Below the pieces are notes generated by a model. That model was not told the origin of the DNA and searched no databases. It was given only the letters and a program-made list of their open reading frames with translations. From Dehalococcoidales bacterium (GTDB taxonomy: Bacteria > Chloroflexota > Dehalococcoidia > Dehalococcoidales > RBG-16-60-22), in NCBI GenBank assembly GCA_041652735.1, contig JBAZGT010000009.1, positions 4,563 through 68,562 of the forward strand: a stretch of DNA of 64,000 nucleotides, written 5' to 3'. Numbering within the stretch: the first letter of the stretch is position 1; each line of letters begins with the position of its first letter. Positions 36,499 to 46,500 of this stretch are shown piece after piece. Made by a program: the position numbers and the translations under genes.

Positions 36499-37407
36499 CT
36501 ATGGTTGCGCTCTCTTTTCCACCCGGTCCACCAGAAAGGTTATCCAGCGGCTGGGCTGCGCCGTCTGGCTGAAGTCGAAATCAGGATAAGCCGTCTCGGC
36601 GCTTTCCGCAAAATACCGCCCGTCCTTAGCTTTGGCGCGGACGAAGTCCAGCATGCTCCGGAAACCGCTGGTCCGCAGGGCGTAAGGGAACAGGGAAAGT
36701 ACGTCCAGGACACGCAGGATGCCGTACTTAACGGCGGGGTAGGTGAGGGCCTTGAAGCGTTTCCCCACCCCGAAGCCGTAAAGGTGGGTCTCCATCACCC
36801 AGTGCGTGGTCAGGTTCTTGATAGCGCCTTCCAGCTTAGGGCTTTCCCGGTAGTCCAGGTACTGGCCCAGTAGCATCAGGATATTCATATCGTCCATGGG
36901 GCAGGAGCCGCCGGGGCTATCGAAGCTGTCCCCGTAGCAGTCCCAGCCGCCGCCGGACATCTGCTCGCCCAGGGCCATACGGGCGTATTTGATAACCCGG
37001 GGGTCGTCCCGGTAGCCCATTTTAGCCAGGGAAGCGATGAGAATGGCGGACATGCAGAGGTAGTTGTCCTTGACGTTGGGGGGCATGGTAAAGGAGCCGT
37101 CCCGCGACTGGTATTTGAAAATCTCTTCCACCTCCGCCTCCAGCCCCAGGTCGGCCACGGTGAGGCCGATATCCGCCAGGAAAAAGAGGTCCCAGTAAGC
37201 TTTGCCGGAATCGGTGTAATGCACCTTGCCTGTCTTTATAGCGGGGATGCCGGCGGTGTTGCCCTTGAGCCGGGCGACCAGTTTTTGAATGGAGGCGTCT
37301 TTAAGGACGGGTGAGATATCCGGCTTTAAATCCAATAGCTGGAGCTCCACGGCGTACTTGAGCCAGGCGGGGCCTTCCCGCAGCCATTCCAGGGTTTTTT
37401 TATCCAA
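36499..37407 (-). CDS. hypothetical protein (302 aa), possibly alpha/alpha-toroid (prenyltransferase/terpene-cyclase-like) fold
   Basis: Long ORF with coding-like composition. Repeats such as QSRDGSF and GGGWDC resemble the QW-type repeats of that fold. The assignment is weak. Confidence 0.55.
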   Translation of the reverse strand: MDKKTLEWLREGPAWLKYAVELQLLDLKPDISPVLKDASIQKLVARLKGNTAGIPAIKTGKVHYTDSGKAYWDLFFLADIGLTVADLGLEAEVEEIFKYQSRDGSFTMPPNVKDNYLCMSAILIASLAKMGYRDDPRVIKYARMALGEQMSGGGWDCYGDSFDSPGGSCPMDDMNILMLLGQYLDYRESPKLEGAIKNLTTHWVMETHLYGFGVGKRFKALTYPAVKYGILRVLDVLSLFPYALRTSGFRSMLDFVRAKAKDGRYFAESAETAYPDFDFSQTAQPSRWITFLVDRVEKRAQP

Positions 37408-37499
37408 GATTCATGCCTGCTAATCCAAGATTTTCCGGCACCGGGTGAGGATGTGCTGACACTTAGTATTTTAGCGTTTTTTGGCGGGGAGGTAAAGGG

Positions 37500-37745
37500 G
37501 AAGGGGGAATAGTGGTAAAAAAATCCCTCTCGCTCTCCCTTTGACAAAGGGAGACGAAATACCCCGGATAAGTTGCTTTCAAGAAATGGATTCCCGATCA
37601 GGTCGGGAATGACAGTGGGGCAAGGTGAGGTGGAGTGCTTACCTCTCCCCCCTAGCCCCCTCCCCGCTGGCAGGGAGGGGGGCGGGCTTCAAAGATACGG
37701 AGGGGCACCCCTGCAAGGCCTTGGCGGGGGCCCCTCCGCAAGAAC
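37500..37745. repeat. cluster of REP-like hairpin elements
   Basis: TCTCCCTTT-GAC-AAAGGGAGA, ATTCCCGA-TCAG-GTCGGGAAT, CCCTCCC-CGCTGGCA-GGGAGGG (a variant of element A) and GGAGGGGC...GCCCCTCC. Confidence 0.8.
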
Positions 37746-37763
37746 GATATTTAATGAGAGCGG

Positions 37764-38375
37764 CTAATCATCAAACGCCTGCCGGACCTGCCACACCTTC
37801 CACACGTTGCCCACCAGTTCCGGCGACGGCTTTAAAGTAGGTTTACCGGGTTTCCAGCCGGAGGGAGTGGCTTCCGTGCCCTGGGAATTACGCACCAGCT
37901 GGAAGGCCTTGATTTGCCTGAGAGACTCGCTGACATTACGGCCGACCGACGGTGTCAGGACCTCAAAGCCCTGGATTTTACCGTCCGGGTCAATGATGAA
38001 CCTGCCGCGGGTTTCCACGCCGGTATCATCATCGTATATCCCGTAAAGTTTACCGATACTTCCATCCTGGTCCGACAGCATAGCGAAGGGGATGTCCTTA
38101 TTAATCATCTTCGACAGCTCGTGTTCATTCCACATCTTGTGGACGTAAATGCTGTCAACGCTGACGGACAGCACCTCAACGCCCAGGCTCTGAAGCTCAG
38201 CATGTTTTTCAGCAACCGCTGAAATTTCCGTAGCTCACACAAAGGTGAAATCTCCCGGGTAAAAACACAGCAGCACCCATTTCCCTTTGTATTCGGAAAG
38301 GCCGATGTTCATGAATTTGCCGTTGTGAAACGAGGGGGCTGTAAAATCCGGCGCCGGTTTTCCAACTTGTACCAT
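37764..38375 (-). CDS. 2-Cys-type peroxiredoxin (AhpC/Prx1 family) with in-frame TGA at the peroxidatic Cys position - candidate selenoprotein
   Basis: Track ORFs 38235..38480 and 37764..38174 share one frame and are separated only by the TGA at 38235..38237. Read-through gives GKWVLLCFYPGDFTFV-U-ATEISAVAEKHAELQSLGVEVLSVSVD. The likely start is ATG 38375 (MVQVGKPAPDF), preceded by GGGAGG. The track start at 38480 is less likely. Confidence 0.7.
38207..38224 (-). promoter_or_regulatory. SECIS-like hairpin 10 nt downstream of the in-frame UGA
   Basis: The mRNA reads UGA-GCUACGGAAA-UUUCAGC-GGUU-GCUGAAA: a 7-bp perfect stem with a GGUU apical loop. Confidence 0.55.
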
Positions 38376-38553
38376 AGCTTGTTTTACCTCCCTTTCAATT
38401 GTTGCGGCAACAGTAGCGGCCGCAATCGCCGGTTTTTTAATCGGCGGTCTCTGGCAGCCAGGCTTGAACTCTTCAGGCATAAAACAGTCCTCCTCCGTGA
38501 ATATTTTTTAATGCCGCATGTTTGGCCTATATTCAGTTATCGGGCGATGCCGT

Positions 38554-40068
38554 TTATTTTTCCGCGGTGGCTTTGGCGCGCTCTTCCGTGGTCATTTCCG
38601 CCAGGCTCTTGACCTGTTTGACGTCCAGCTTGAGACCCTTGGCGACGCGGGTGCCGTAATCGGGGTCGGATTTATAGAAGACGGCCGCCTGCCTGAGCTG
38701 GATGCGCTTTTGCGCGTTGCAGAGGTGGGTGGTGATATTGCCGATAAGGTGGTCGCGGTCAACATCCGTCATGACGCGGCGGTAAAGCTCGCCGGCCTGG
38801 AAGGCATCGTCGTTGGGATGGGTATAAGGCTGCCGCGCCGCCTGGCCGGAAACCTCGAAAGGCGGCTCGCCGGAGCCGGCGTCCGGCTCCGGCCCGCCGA
38901 AGCTGTTGGGGTAGTAGTTGGGCCCGCCGCCGCCGTTATCGCCAAAGGCCATGGGAGCGTCCCGCTGGTAGTTTTCCACTTTAGCATTCTTGGGACGGTT
39001 GATGGGTAAAAGCTGGTAGTTGGGGCCAAGGCGGTGGAGGTGGGTATCGTGATAGGAAAAGAGGCGGCCCTGGAGCAGCTTGTCCGGGGAAGCGGCGATG
39101 CCGGGGACGAAGTTGGCGGGGGAGAAAGCGGCCTGCTCCACCTCCGCGAAGTAGTTCTCCGGGTTTTTATTCAGCACCAGCCGCCCGATGGTGACAGGCT
39201 TGACGTCCGCATGGAACCAGACCTTGGTGACATCAAAAGAGTCAAAGCGGTACTTGTCCACCTGCTCCGGGGTCATGATCTGCATTTCAAGTCGCCAGGA
39301 GGGATAGTCTTTCTTCTCGATGGCCTGATGGAGGTCACGGGTGGCGTGGTCGGGGTCTTTGCCCTTCATTTCGGTGGCCTCGTCACGGGTGAGATTTTTA
39401 ATGCCCTGCTCCGTCTTGAAGTGGTATTTCACCCAGAAGTACTTGCCCCTGGCGTTGTACCACTTATAGGTATGGGAGCTATAGCCGTTCATGTGCCGGA
39501 AATTAAACGGCGTGCCGCGGTCGGAGAAGAGGATGGTAACCTGGTGGACGGACTCCGGCGTCAGGGAAAGAAAGTCCCAGAACATGGTTGCGTCCTTGAG
39601 GTTATTGCCCGGGTGGCGTTTCTGGGTGTGGATGAAGTCCGGGAACTTCAGCGGGTCGCGGATAAAGAATACCGGCGTATTGTTGCCGGTCATATCGTAG
39701 TTGCCCTCTTCCGTGTAGAACTTGAGGGCGAAGCCGCGGGGGTCGCGTTCGGCATCGGCGGAACCCCTTTCCCCGCCCACGGTGGAAAAGCGGGCGAAGA
39801 CCTCGGTGCGCTTGCCGATTTCCGAAAGGAATTTGGCCCGGGTGTACTTAGTGACATCCGCGGTCACCTCGAAGTAGCCGTGCGCGCCGGCGCCCTTGGC
39901 GTGAACGACGCGTTCCGGGATGCGCTCGCGGTCAAAGTGCCCCAGCTTTTCCAGCAGGTGGGTATCCTGCATGAGGATAGGGCCGGGATTGCCGGCGGTG
40001 CGGGAATTCTGGTCGTTGTCCACGGGCGCGCCGAAGCCGGTGGTATAGGTCTTTTTGTTTTTAGCCAT
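38554..40068 (-). CDS. monofunctional heme catalase
   Basis: [18 protein letters not shown] (distal His), RFSTVGGE, proximal Tyr region RLFSYHDTH; 504 aa. Confidence 0.93.
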   Translation of the reverse strand: MAKNKKTYTTGFGAPVDNDQNSRTAGNPGPILMQDTHLLEKLGHFDRERIPERVVHAKGAGAHGYFEVTADVTKYTRAKFLSEIGKRTEVFARFSTVGGERGSADAERDPRGFALKFYTEEGNYDMTGNNTPVFFIRDPLKFPDFIHTQKRHPGNNLKDATMFWDFLSLTPESVHQVTILFSDRGTPFNFRHMNGYSSHTYKWYNARGKYFWVKYHFKTEQGIKNLTRDEATEMKGKDPDHATRDLHQAIEKKDYPSWRLEMQIMTPEQVDKYRFDSFDVTKVWFHADVKPVTIGRLVLNKNPENYFAEVEQAAFSPANFVPGIAASPDKLLQGRLFSYHDTHLHRLGPNYQLLPINRPKNAKVENYQRDAPMAFGDNGGGGPNYYPNSFGGPEPDAGSGEPPFEVSGQAARQPYTHPNDDAFQAGELYRRVMTDVDRDHLIGNITTHLCNAQKRIQLRQAAVFYKSDPDYGTRVAKGLKLDVKQVKSLAEMTTEERAKATAEK

Positions 40069-40109
40069 TAGCTACCTCCCTTTATGAACCAGGTAAAACT
40101 CAGGTTATA

Positions 40110-40688
40110 CTAATAGTTTTCCGTCAGCAGCTCGTAGTAAGCCTGGGGGTGCTGGCAGGCGGGACATATCTTGGGCGGCTCGGTGCCTTCATGGATGTAG
40201 CCGCAGTTGGTGCAGTGCCAGCGCACCGGGGTCTTTCTCTTGAAGACCTCGCCGTTGACCACGTTTTTGTGCAGCTTGCGGTAGCGTTTTTCGTGGAACT
40301 CTTCCACTTCCGAGATTTCTTTAAAGGACGTGGCTATCTTGATAAAGCCTTCCGCGCGGGCGGTCTTGCCCATGTCCGCGTAAATCTGGCTCCACTCCAT
40401 CTTTTCCCCGTTGGCGGCCGCTTCCAGGTTGGCGGCGGTGTCCCCGATGACCCCGGCCGGATAAGACGCGGTGATTTCCACGTCCCCGCCCTCCAGGTAT
40501 TTAAAGAATATCTCCGCGTGCTCTTTCTCATTGCCGGCCGTCTCCGTGAAGACGTTGGCAATCTGCTCGTAGCCCTCTTTGCGGGCGGCGCTGGCAAAGA
40601 AAGTGTAGCGGTTGCGCGCCTGGGACTCCCCGGCGAACGCCGTTAAAAGGTTTTTCTCCGTCTGTGTTCCCTTGACCGATTTACTCAA
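40110..40688 (-). CDS. rbr: rubrerythrin
   Basis: Ferritin-like diiron domain (EKEHAEIF...EEFHEKRY) plus a C-terminal rubredoxin-like CTNCG...CPAC. Confidence 0.9.
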   Translation of the reverse strand: MSKSVKGTQTEKNLLTAFAGESQARNRYTFFASAARKEGYEQIANVFTETAGNEKEHAEIFFKYLEGGDVEITASYPAGVIGDTAANLEAAANGEKMEWSQIYADMGKTARAEGFIKIATSFKEISEVEEFHEKRYRKLHKNVVNGEVFKRKTPVRWHCTNCGYIHEGTEPPKICPACQHPQAYYELLTENY

Positions 40689-40699
40689 TGTTATTTCCT

Positions 40700-40713
40700 C
40701 CTAATAATTATTA
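40700..40713. promoter_or_regulatory. perfect 14-bp palindrome CTAATAATTATTAG (Fur/PerR-box-like) between perR and rbr
   Basis: Self-complementary over all 14 nt. It sits in the 27-nt gap, just upstream of the rbr SD. Confidence 0.4.
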
Positions 40714-40715
40714 GT

Positions 40716-41102
40716 TTATGGCTTGTCCCGGCAATCACGGCAGAGGCCGCGGAACTCCAGCTGGTGGTGGGTAACCTGAAAGCCCGTCCTGGCCGCCACG
40801 CGCCGGTCCAAAGCGGTATCCACCGGCTCGTCAATATCAAAGACCTTGCCGCAGCTCTCGCAGCGGAAGTGGTAATGGCTGTCCTTCTTGGCCTCGTACC
40901 GGGTGACGGTGCCCTTGAGATTAAGCTCGGCCACCAGTCCGCTTTCCCGGAGCACCTTGAGGTTACGGTAAACCGTCCCCTGGCTGATACGGGGAATTTC
41001 TTTTTTTACCGCCTCATAGACCATATCCGCGGTGGGGTGGGAGGCGGCGCGCCGCAGATAGCTTAAGATGCTTTCCCTTTGTCTGGTCTCTCTTCTCATC
41101 AT
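40716..41102 (-). CDS. Fur-family transcriptional regulator (PerR-like by context)
   Basis: Winged helix (RISQGTVYRNLKVL), HYHFRCESCGKVFD...CRDC zinc motifs; 128 aa. Confidence 0.85.
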   Translation of the reverse strand: MMRRETRQRESILSYLRRAASHPTADMVYEAVKKEIPRISQGTVYRNLKVLRESGLVAELNLKGTVTRYEAKKDSHYHFRCESCGKVFDIDEPVDTALDRRVAARTGFQVTHHQLEFRGLCRDCRDKP

Positions 41103-41326
41103 AATTAATAATAGTTCTCAATATTGATTATCCGCCACCTGAAAGAGTTTGTCAACATACGGGGCGCCAACCAGATTTATAATAAATCGTACCTCAGCCA
41201 TCAATCTGTGACTTTTCTCATATTTTGCCGCCCGCTTTTTGTTGCATGCTGTTAAATGTAATGCTTTAATGGGACTGTTACACGGCGGGGAAGACAGTGG
41301 CCGCGAATTTCTCAAGGAGGAAGTTC

Positions 41327-42514
41327 ATGACGAAACCGAGACAGATCAAGAAAGATATTTATTACGTGGGCGCGGTGGACTGGGACCGGCGCTTGTTCGA
41401 CTCCCTTATCCCCCTCCCGGACGGCACCAGCTACAATGCCTATTTAGTCAAAGGCGCGGAAAAGACGGCCCTGATAGATACGGTGAACCCCCCGATGAAG
41501 CAGGTATTGCTGGACAACCTGGACCAGCTGGGGGTTAAAAAAATCGACTACGTTATTTTCAACCACGCCGAGCCCGACCATTCCGGCTCCATCCGCGAGG
41601 TGCTGGCCAAATACCCCTCCGCCAAGGCCATCTGCACCCCCAAGTGCAAGGCGATGCTGATGGACCGCTTCATGGCGGCCGAGGACAGGTTCCAGACGGT
41701 GGAGGACGGGGACACCATAAACCTGGGGGGGCGGACGCTAAAGTTTATCCATTTGCCCTGGGTGCATTGGCCGGAGACCATGGTCACCTACCTGGAGGAA
41801 GACAAGGTGCTTTTCTCCTGTGATTTCTTCGGGTCTCACATCGCCACCACGGATATGTTCGTTAAAGACTACGGGCAGGAGCACGAGGCCGCCAAGCGGT
41901 ACTGGGCGGAAATCATGATGCCTTTCAGGTCCCAGATTCAGAAGAACCTGGAGAAAATCAAGGACTACGAGGTAGACATTATCGCCCCCAGCCACGGCCC
42001 CCTGCACGATAAACCGCAGTTCATTAAAGACGCCTATCACGGCTGGGCTTTCAACGAGCCGGGCAACATCGCCGTGATTCCCTATATCTCCATGCACGGC
42101 AGCACCCGCGCCATGGTGGCCTACCTGGCGGAAGCCCTGGCCCGCCGCGGCGTGACCGTCCGGCAGTTCGACCTGGCGGGGAGCGATATCGGCAAGCTGG
42201 CCATGGCGCTGGTGGACGCCGCCACCATTATCATCGGCACACCGACGGTGCTGACCGGGCCGCACCCCAATATTGCCCACGCGGCTTTCCTGGCTAACGC
42301 CCTCCGGCCCAAGGCCAAATTCGCCAGCATCATCGGCTCTTACGGCTGGGGCACCAGGGTGGTGGAGGCCACGGCGGCCATGATTCCCAACCTCAAGGTG
42401 GAGATTATCCCGCCCATCATTATCAAGGGCTATCCCAAGGAAGCGGACTTCCAGGCGCTGGATAAACTGGCGGAAACCATCGCCGGCAAACATAAAGAGG
42501 CCGGCCTGGTCTGA
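41327..42514 (+). CDS. flavodiiron protein (metallo-beta-lactamase-like plus flavodoxin domains), O2/NO reductase type
   Basis: NHAEPDHSG diiron motif and a C-terminal flavodoxin-like domain. The ATG at 41327 is preceded by GGAGG; the track start 41297 (GTG) is less likely. Confidence 0.9.
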   Translation: MTKPRQIKKDIYYVGAVDWDRRLFDSLIPLPDGTSYNAYLVKGAEKTALIDTVNPPMKQVLLDNLDQLGVKKIDYVIFNHAEPDHSGSIREVLAKYPSAKAICTPKCKAMLMDRFMAAEDRFQTVEDGDTINLGGRTLKFIHLPWVHWPETMVTYLEEDKVLFSCDFFGSHIATTDMFVKDYGQEHEAAKRYWAEIMMPFRSQIQKNLEKIKDYEVDIIAPSHGPLHDKPQFIKDAYHGWAFNEPGNIAVIPYISMHGSTRAMVAYLAEALARRGVTVRQFDLAGSDIGKLAMALVDAATIIIGTPTVLTGPHPNIAHAAFLANALRPKAKFASIIGSYGWGTRVVEATAAMIPNLKVEIIPPIIIKGYPKEADFQALDKLAETIAGKHKEAGLV

Positions 42515-42537
42515 TATTCCCACGAGGAAGGAGCGAC

Positions 42538-42783
42538 ATGCTAAAAATCAGCAGGGAATCCAAAATCAAGCCGGAGGAGGCCATTAAACGCGCGGTGGCT
42601 TTCTTCGGGCCGGAGGGTTACGGGCTGGAGGTCAAGGATGAAGGCGGCTGCTGCGTATCCTTCGAGGGGGGCGGCGGCGGCATAGATATCAGCGCCGCGG
42701 CCAGCCAGAAGGGGAGCGTGGTGGATATAGAGTCGCGCGAATGGGACTACCAGGCGCAGCAGTTCCTGGATAAACTAAAGTAA
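42538..42783 (+). CDS. hypothetical protein (81 aa)
   Basis: AGGAAGGAG SD and ATG start. It lies between the flavodiiron and SOD genes. I recognise no family. Confidence 0.5.
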   Translation: MLKISRESKIKPEEAIKRAVAFFGPEGYGLEVKDEGGCCVSFEGGGGGIDISAAASQKGSVVDIESREWDYQAQQFLDKLK

Positions 42784-42811
42784 TAAAAAACGGCACAAGA
42801 GGAGGCATATC

Positions 42812-43390
42812 ATGGCTTATACGGCTAAAGACTACGGCAAACTGATAGGCATGGAGGGGTTCAGCGAGACCCTGCTGAAAAATCACTTCACCCTGTACCA
42901 GGGGTATGTGACCAATACCAACAAGGTATCCGATGCGCTCAAGGCCATGCTCAAGGACGGTAAGACCGGCACCCCGGAGTACGCCGAGCTGAAGCGGCGC
43001 TTCGGCTGGGAGTTCGACGGCATGCGCCTGCACGAGCTTTATTTCGAGAATCTGGGCGGCAAGACGCCGCTGGTCAAGGGGGCAGTCCTGGGTAAGCTGA
43101 TGGAAGGCAGCTTCGGCAGCTGCGAGGCCTGGGAGCAGGACTTCCGCGCTACCGGCGCCATGCGGGGCATAGGCTGGGTGGTGCTTTACTATGACACGGC
43201 GGCCTGCGTGCTTTTCAACCAGTGGATTAACGAGCATGACGCGGGGCACCCGGCCGGCTGCCAGCCCATCCTGGTGATGGATGTCTTCGAGCACGCTTAC
43301 ATGACCGACTACGGCCTGAAGCGCGCCGACTATATCAACGCGTTTTTCAAGAACATCAACTGGAAAGCGGCGGAAAGCCGCATAAAATAG
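42812..43390 (+). CDS. Fe/Mn-family superoxide dismutase
   Basis: Metal-ligand contexts LLKNHFTLYQGYV, MRLHELYF and DVFEHAYMTDYG; 192 aa. Confidence 0.85.
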   Translation: MAYTAKDYGKLIGMEGFSETLLKNHFTLYQGYVTNTNKVSDALKAMLKDGKTGTPEYAELKRRFGWEFDGMRLHELYFENLGGKTPLVKGAVLGKLMEGSFGSCEAWEQDFRATGAMRGIGWVVLYYDTAACVLFNQWINEHDAGHPAGCQPILVMDVFEHAYMTDYGLKRADYINAFFKNINWKAAESRIK

Positions 43391-43535
43391 CGGATTCCTT
43401 TTCTTCACGGTTTTGAACAGAGAACAAGGTATGAAAAGAGCATTGTACCCGGTTTTAGCGGGTATCCTGTTGACGGCGGGGCTGCCGGCGGTTAATTCCC
43501 GCAGCGCCGCCGCCGCAGGTATTTATATTGCGCGC

Positions 43536-46500
43536 TTAGTTGTTTTTCCTCCGGGGGACCATGCTTAAAGATTCCTGAAGCTGTTTCACGCTGTACGGCT
43601 TGGCGATAACCGCCTTGAAGCCGTACTTTTTGAACTCCGACATAATGGGGTCGGTGGCATACCCGCTGGAGACGATGACGGCCGCCTTGGGGTCGATTTC
43701 CAACAGCTTTTTAATGGTCTCTTTGCCCCCCATCCCCCCGGGAATGGTGAGGTCCATGATAACGGCGTCAAAGGGGTCCTGGCGCAACATAGCCTGGCTG
43801 TATTTTTCCAGGGCTTCCCGGCCATCGGCGGAGAGCTCCACCTCATAGCCGGACAGGCTAAGCATATTTTTAAGCATTTTGCGGATGATTTCCTCATCGT
43901 CCATCACCAGCACCTTACCCCCCACCCGGCGCGAGTTAGCTATTACCATTTTCCTGCCTCCTTTTCCCGTCTTTTTAGAAGCCGGCAGATAAATGTGGAA
44001 GGTCGAACCTTCATTCTGTACGGATTCGGCGGTGATATCGCCGCCGTGATTTCTGACGATGGAATAGGCGGTGGCCAGGCCGAGCCCGCTCCCTTTCTGC
44101 TTGGTGGTAAAATAAGGCTCGAAAATCCTTATCAGGTGCTCCTGGGCGATGCCCATCCCCGAATCTTTTATCACGATATTCACATAGTCGCCGCCGGGCA
44201 GGGGCAGCCCGCTGGACCGGTTTACAGTAACATTAACGGCGGTAATTTTAAGGATACCGCCCTGGGGCATAGCTTCATCGGCGTTGATGACCAGGTTGTT
44301 GATAACCTGCCCTATTTGCCCCTCGTCCGCCTCCACCGACCATAGTTCCGGCGGGAAGGAGAGCTCAAGCCGGGCAGCGGAGCCGCGCAGGGCAAACTCG
44401 GCCGATTCTTTAACCACGTCGGCGATGTTCACCAGTTTTTTAACCGGTTTGCCGCCCCTGGCAAAGGTGAGCAACTGCTGGGTCAAATCCCTAGCGCGCA
44501 CGGCCGCCTTTTCCGCTTCGTCCAGTATTTCAAAGGCGGGGTTGGGGGAGGTTATGGTGGTTTTAGCCAGGCCGATATTCCCCATGATGCCGGTCAGCAG
44601 GTTATTGAAGTCGTGGGCGATGCCGCCGGCCAGGGTGCCGATGGACTCCAGCTTAGCCGAGCGTACCTGCTCCTGCTCCAGGACCTCGTTTCTTATGCCC
44701 AGCTCGATATCCCGCAGGGCGAAGGCGATGTCCATGGCGACCTCGGTAAACAGGGACACCTCGTCTTTATCGGTCAACAGTATGCGCTCCATCGAGGCGC
44801 AAAGCACCCCGTAAGTCTTCCCTTCAATTTCCAGGCGTATGGTCATACTGCCGATTTCCTCGAGCGCGCCTATCACCGGGCACTCCGGGCACATGGTACG
44901 CGGGTCTTCCGTCACGACTACCTGCGGCTGCCGCAAGGCCTGCTGCACGCAGCGGGGGAATATGCCGCGCTGGAAGGCTTTGATTAATGCGGGGAAGTTG
45001 CCGGTATTATTAGCGGCCCAGGTCACCGGCTGCCCGGCATCGTCAAACAAGACAATCCAGGCGCTGGCGAAGCTGTGGTTTTCCACCAGGTTATCACAGA
45101 TGCCCCGGATAAGCTTATCACGGTTTTTCTCCCGGGTTATCAGCTGGTTCACATTGCGGATGGAGCGCAGCGCCAGGTTGAGATGTTGAATCCTTTCCTC
45201 CGCCTGCTTGCGTTCAGTGATATCCAGGGAGAGGATAAAGACCCCCTCCGGCACCGGCTGCAAATCAAGCGCGAACCACCCCTTGTCGCCGTCCGGGAAG
45301 AAGAACTCATTTTCCATCCGGTGAGCGGTGCCTTTTTCCATGCACTCCCGCAGGCGGGGAAACAGGCCCGTTTTTTCAATGCCCGGGAAGACTTCCATCA
45401 TGGTATGGCCCAGGAGGTCTTCCCTTTTCAGGCGGCTCTGCCGTACCGCGGCATCATTGACATAGATATAGCGGTAGTCCCGCCCGATAATCTGGCAGCC
45501 TTCCATCATGTTATCCAGCGTGCTCCGGTAGCGCTCCCCGCTTTCCCGCAGTAATTCCTGCGCCTCTTTACGCTCGGTGATATTAGAAAAGACGGACACC
45601 ACCCCGAGTGCATTACCCTGCGCATCTTTAATCGTGGAGACGGAGATCAGTACGGATAATTCCACGCCGTCTTTCCGGTGATGAACAGCCTCACCCTGCC
45701 AGTAGCCGTCCTTTATCAGCCGTTTCTCAATATCGGCAATAGTGCTGTTGGAGAACACCGGTTTAACAAGTTTCATGAGGTTTTTGCCCAATACTTCATC
45801 CTCGCGCCAGCCGTAAATTTCTTCGGCGGCTTTATTCCAGCTGATCAGCTTGAAAGCCATATCACAGGAGACAATTGCGTCCGATACGTTCTCAATAAGG
45901 CTGGCATGATAGCGGATGCTTTCTTCCAGCCGCCGGCGTTCGGTAATATCCTCAATCATCGCCAGGAAACCCAGCGGCTGGCCGGAGCTGTCACGGAGCA
46001 GCGTGGCCGTGACACTGCCCCAAATGGTGTCTCCATTTTTCCTAATATAGCGTTTTTCCGTTTTGTAGTATGTTAATTCACCGGTTACCAGCTTCTGCAG
46101 GTTGGGAACATTTGCGGCGATGTCTTCCGGGAGCGAAATATCCTTGAAAGTCATGGACATAAGTTCTGCCTCAGAATAGCCGAACATCTGGCAGAAACGG
46201 CTGTTCACCATGGTGTATCGATATTCCAGGTTGGAAAGAATGATACCGAGAGGTCCCTCCTGAAAGATGCGGCGGAAACGCTCTTCACTCTGGTGGATGG
46301 CAATCTCCGCCTGCTTGCGTTCCGTAATATTGCGGCAGACACAGAAAATCAGCTTTTGCCCCGCAAATACCGCGCCGTTGGTGCTGATTTCCACGTCATA
46401 AATGCTGCCGTCTTTGCGGCGGTGCCGTGTTTCAAAATGGTCGCCGGCTTCATCCACGGTACTTAGCATCTCTAGCACCTGCTCGCGGGGAAGGAGGAAT

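Noticed and set aside
38235-38237. The in-frame TGA in the peroxiredoxin read as a simple nonsense mutation (pseudogene).
   Set aside because: Not adopted as the primary reading. The stop is the only lesion, it falls exactly on the catalytic Cys codon, both halves keep perfect family conservation, and a hairpin of SECIS geometry follows. It remains the alternative if no Sec machinery exists in the genome.
43432-43566. 45-aa ORF with a signal-peptide-like N-terminus (MKRALYPVLAGILLTAGLPA...) after sod.
   Set aside because: It has no SD, overlaps the 3' end of the convergent kinase gene, and is too short to support.
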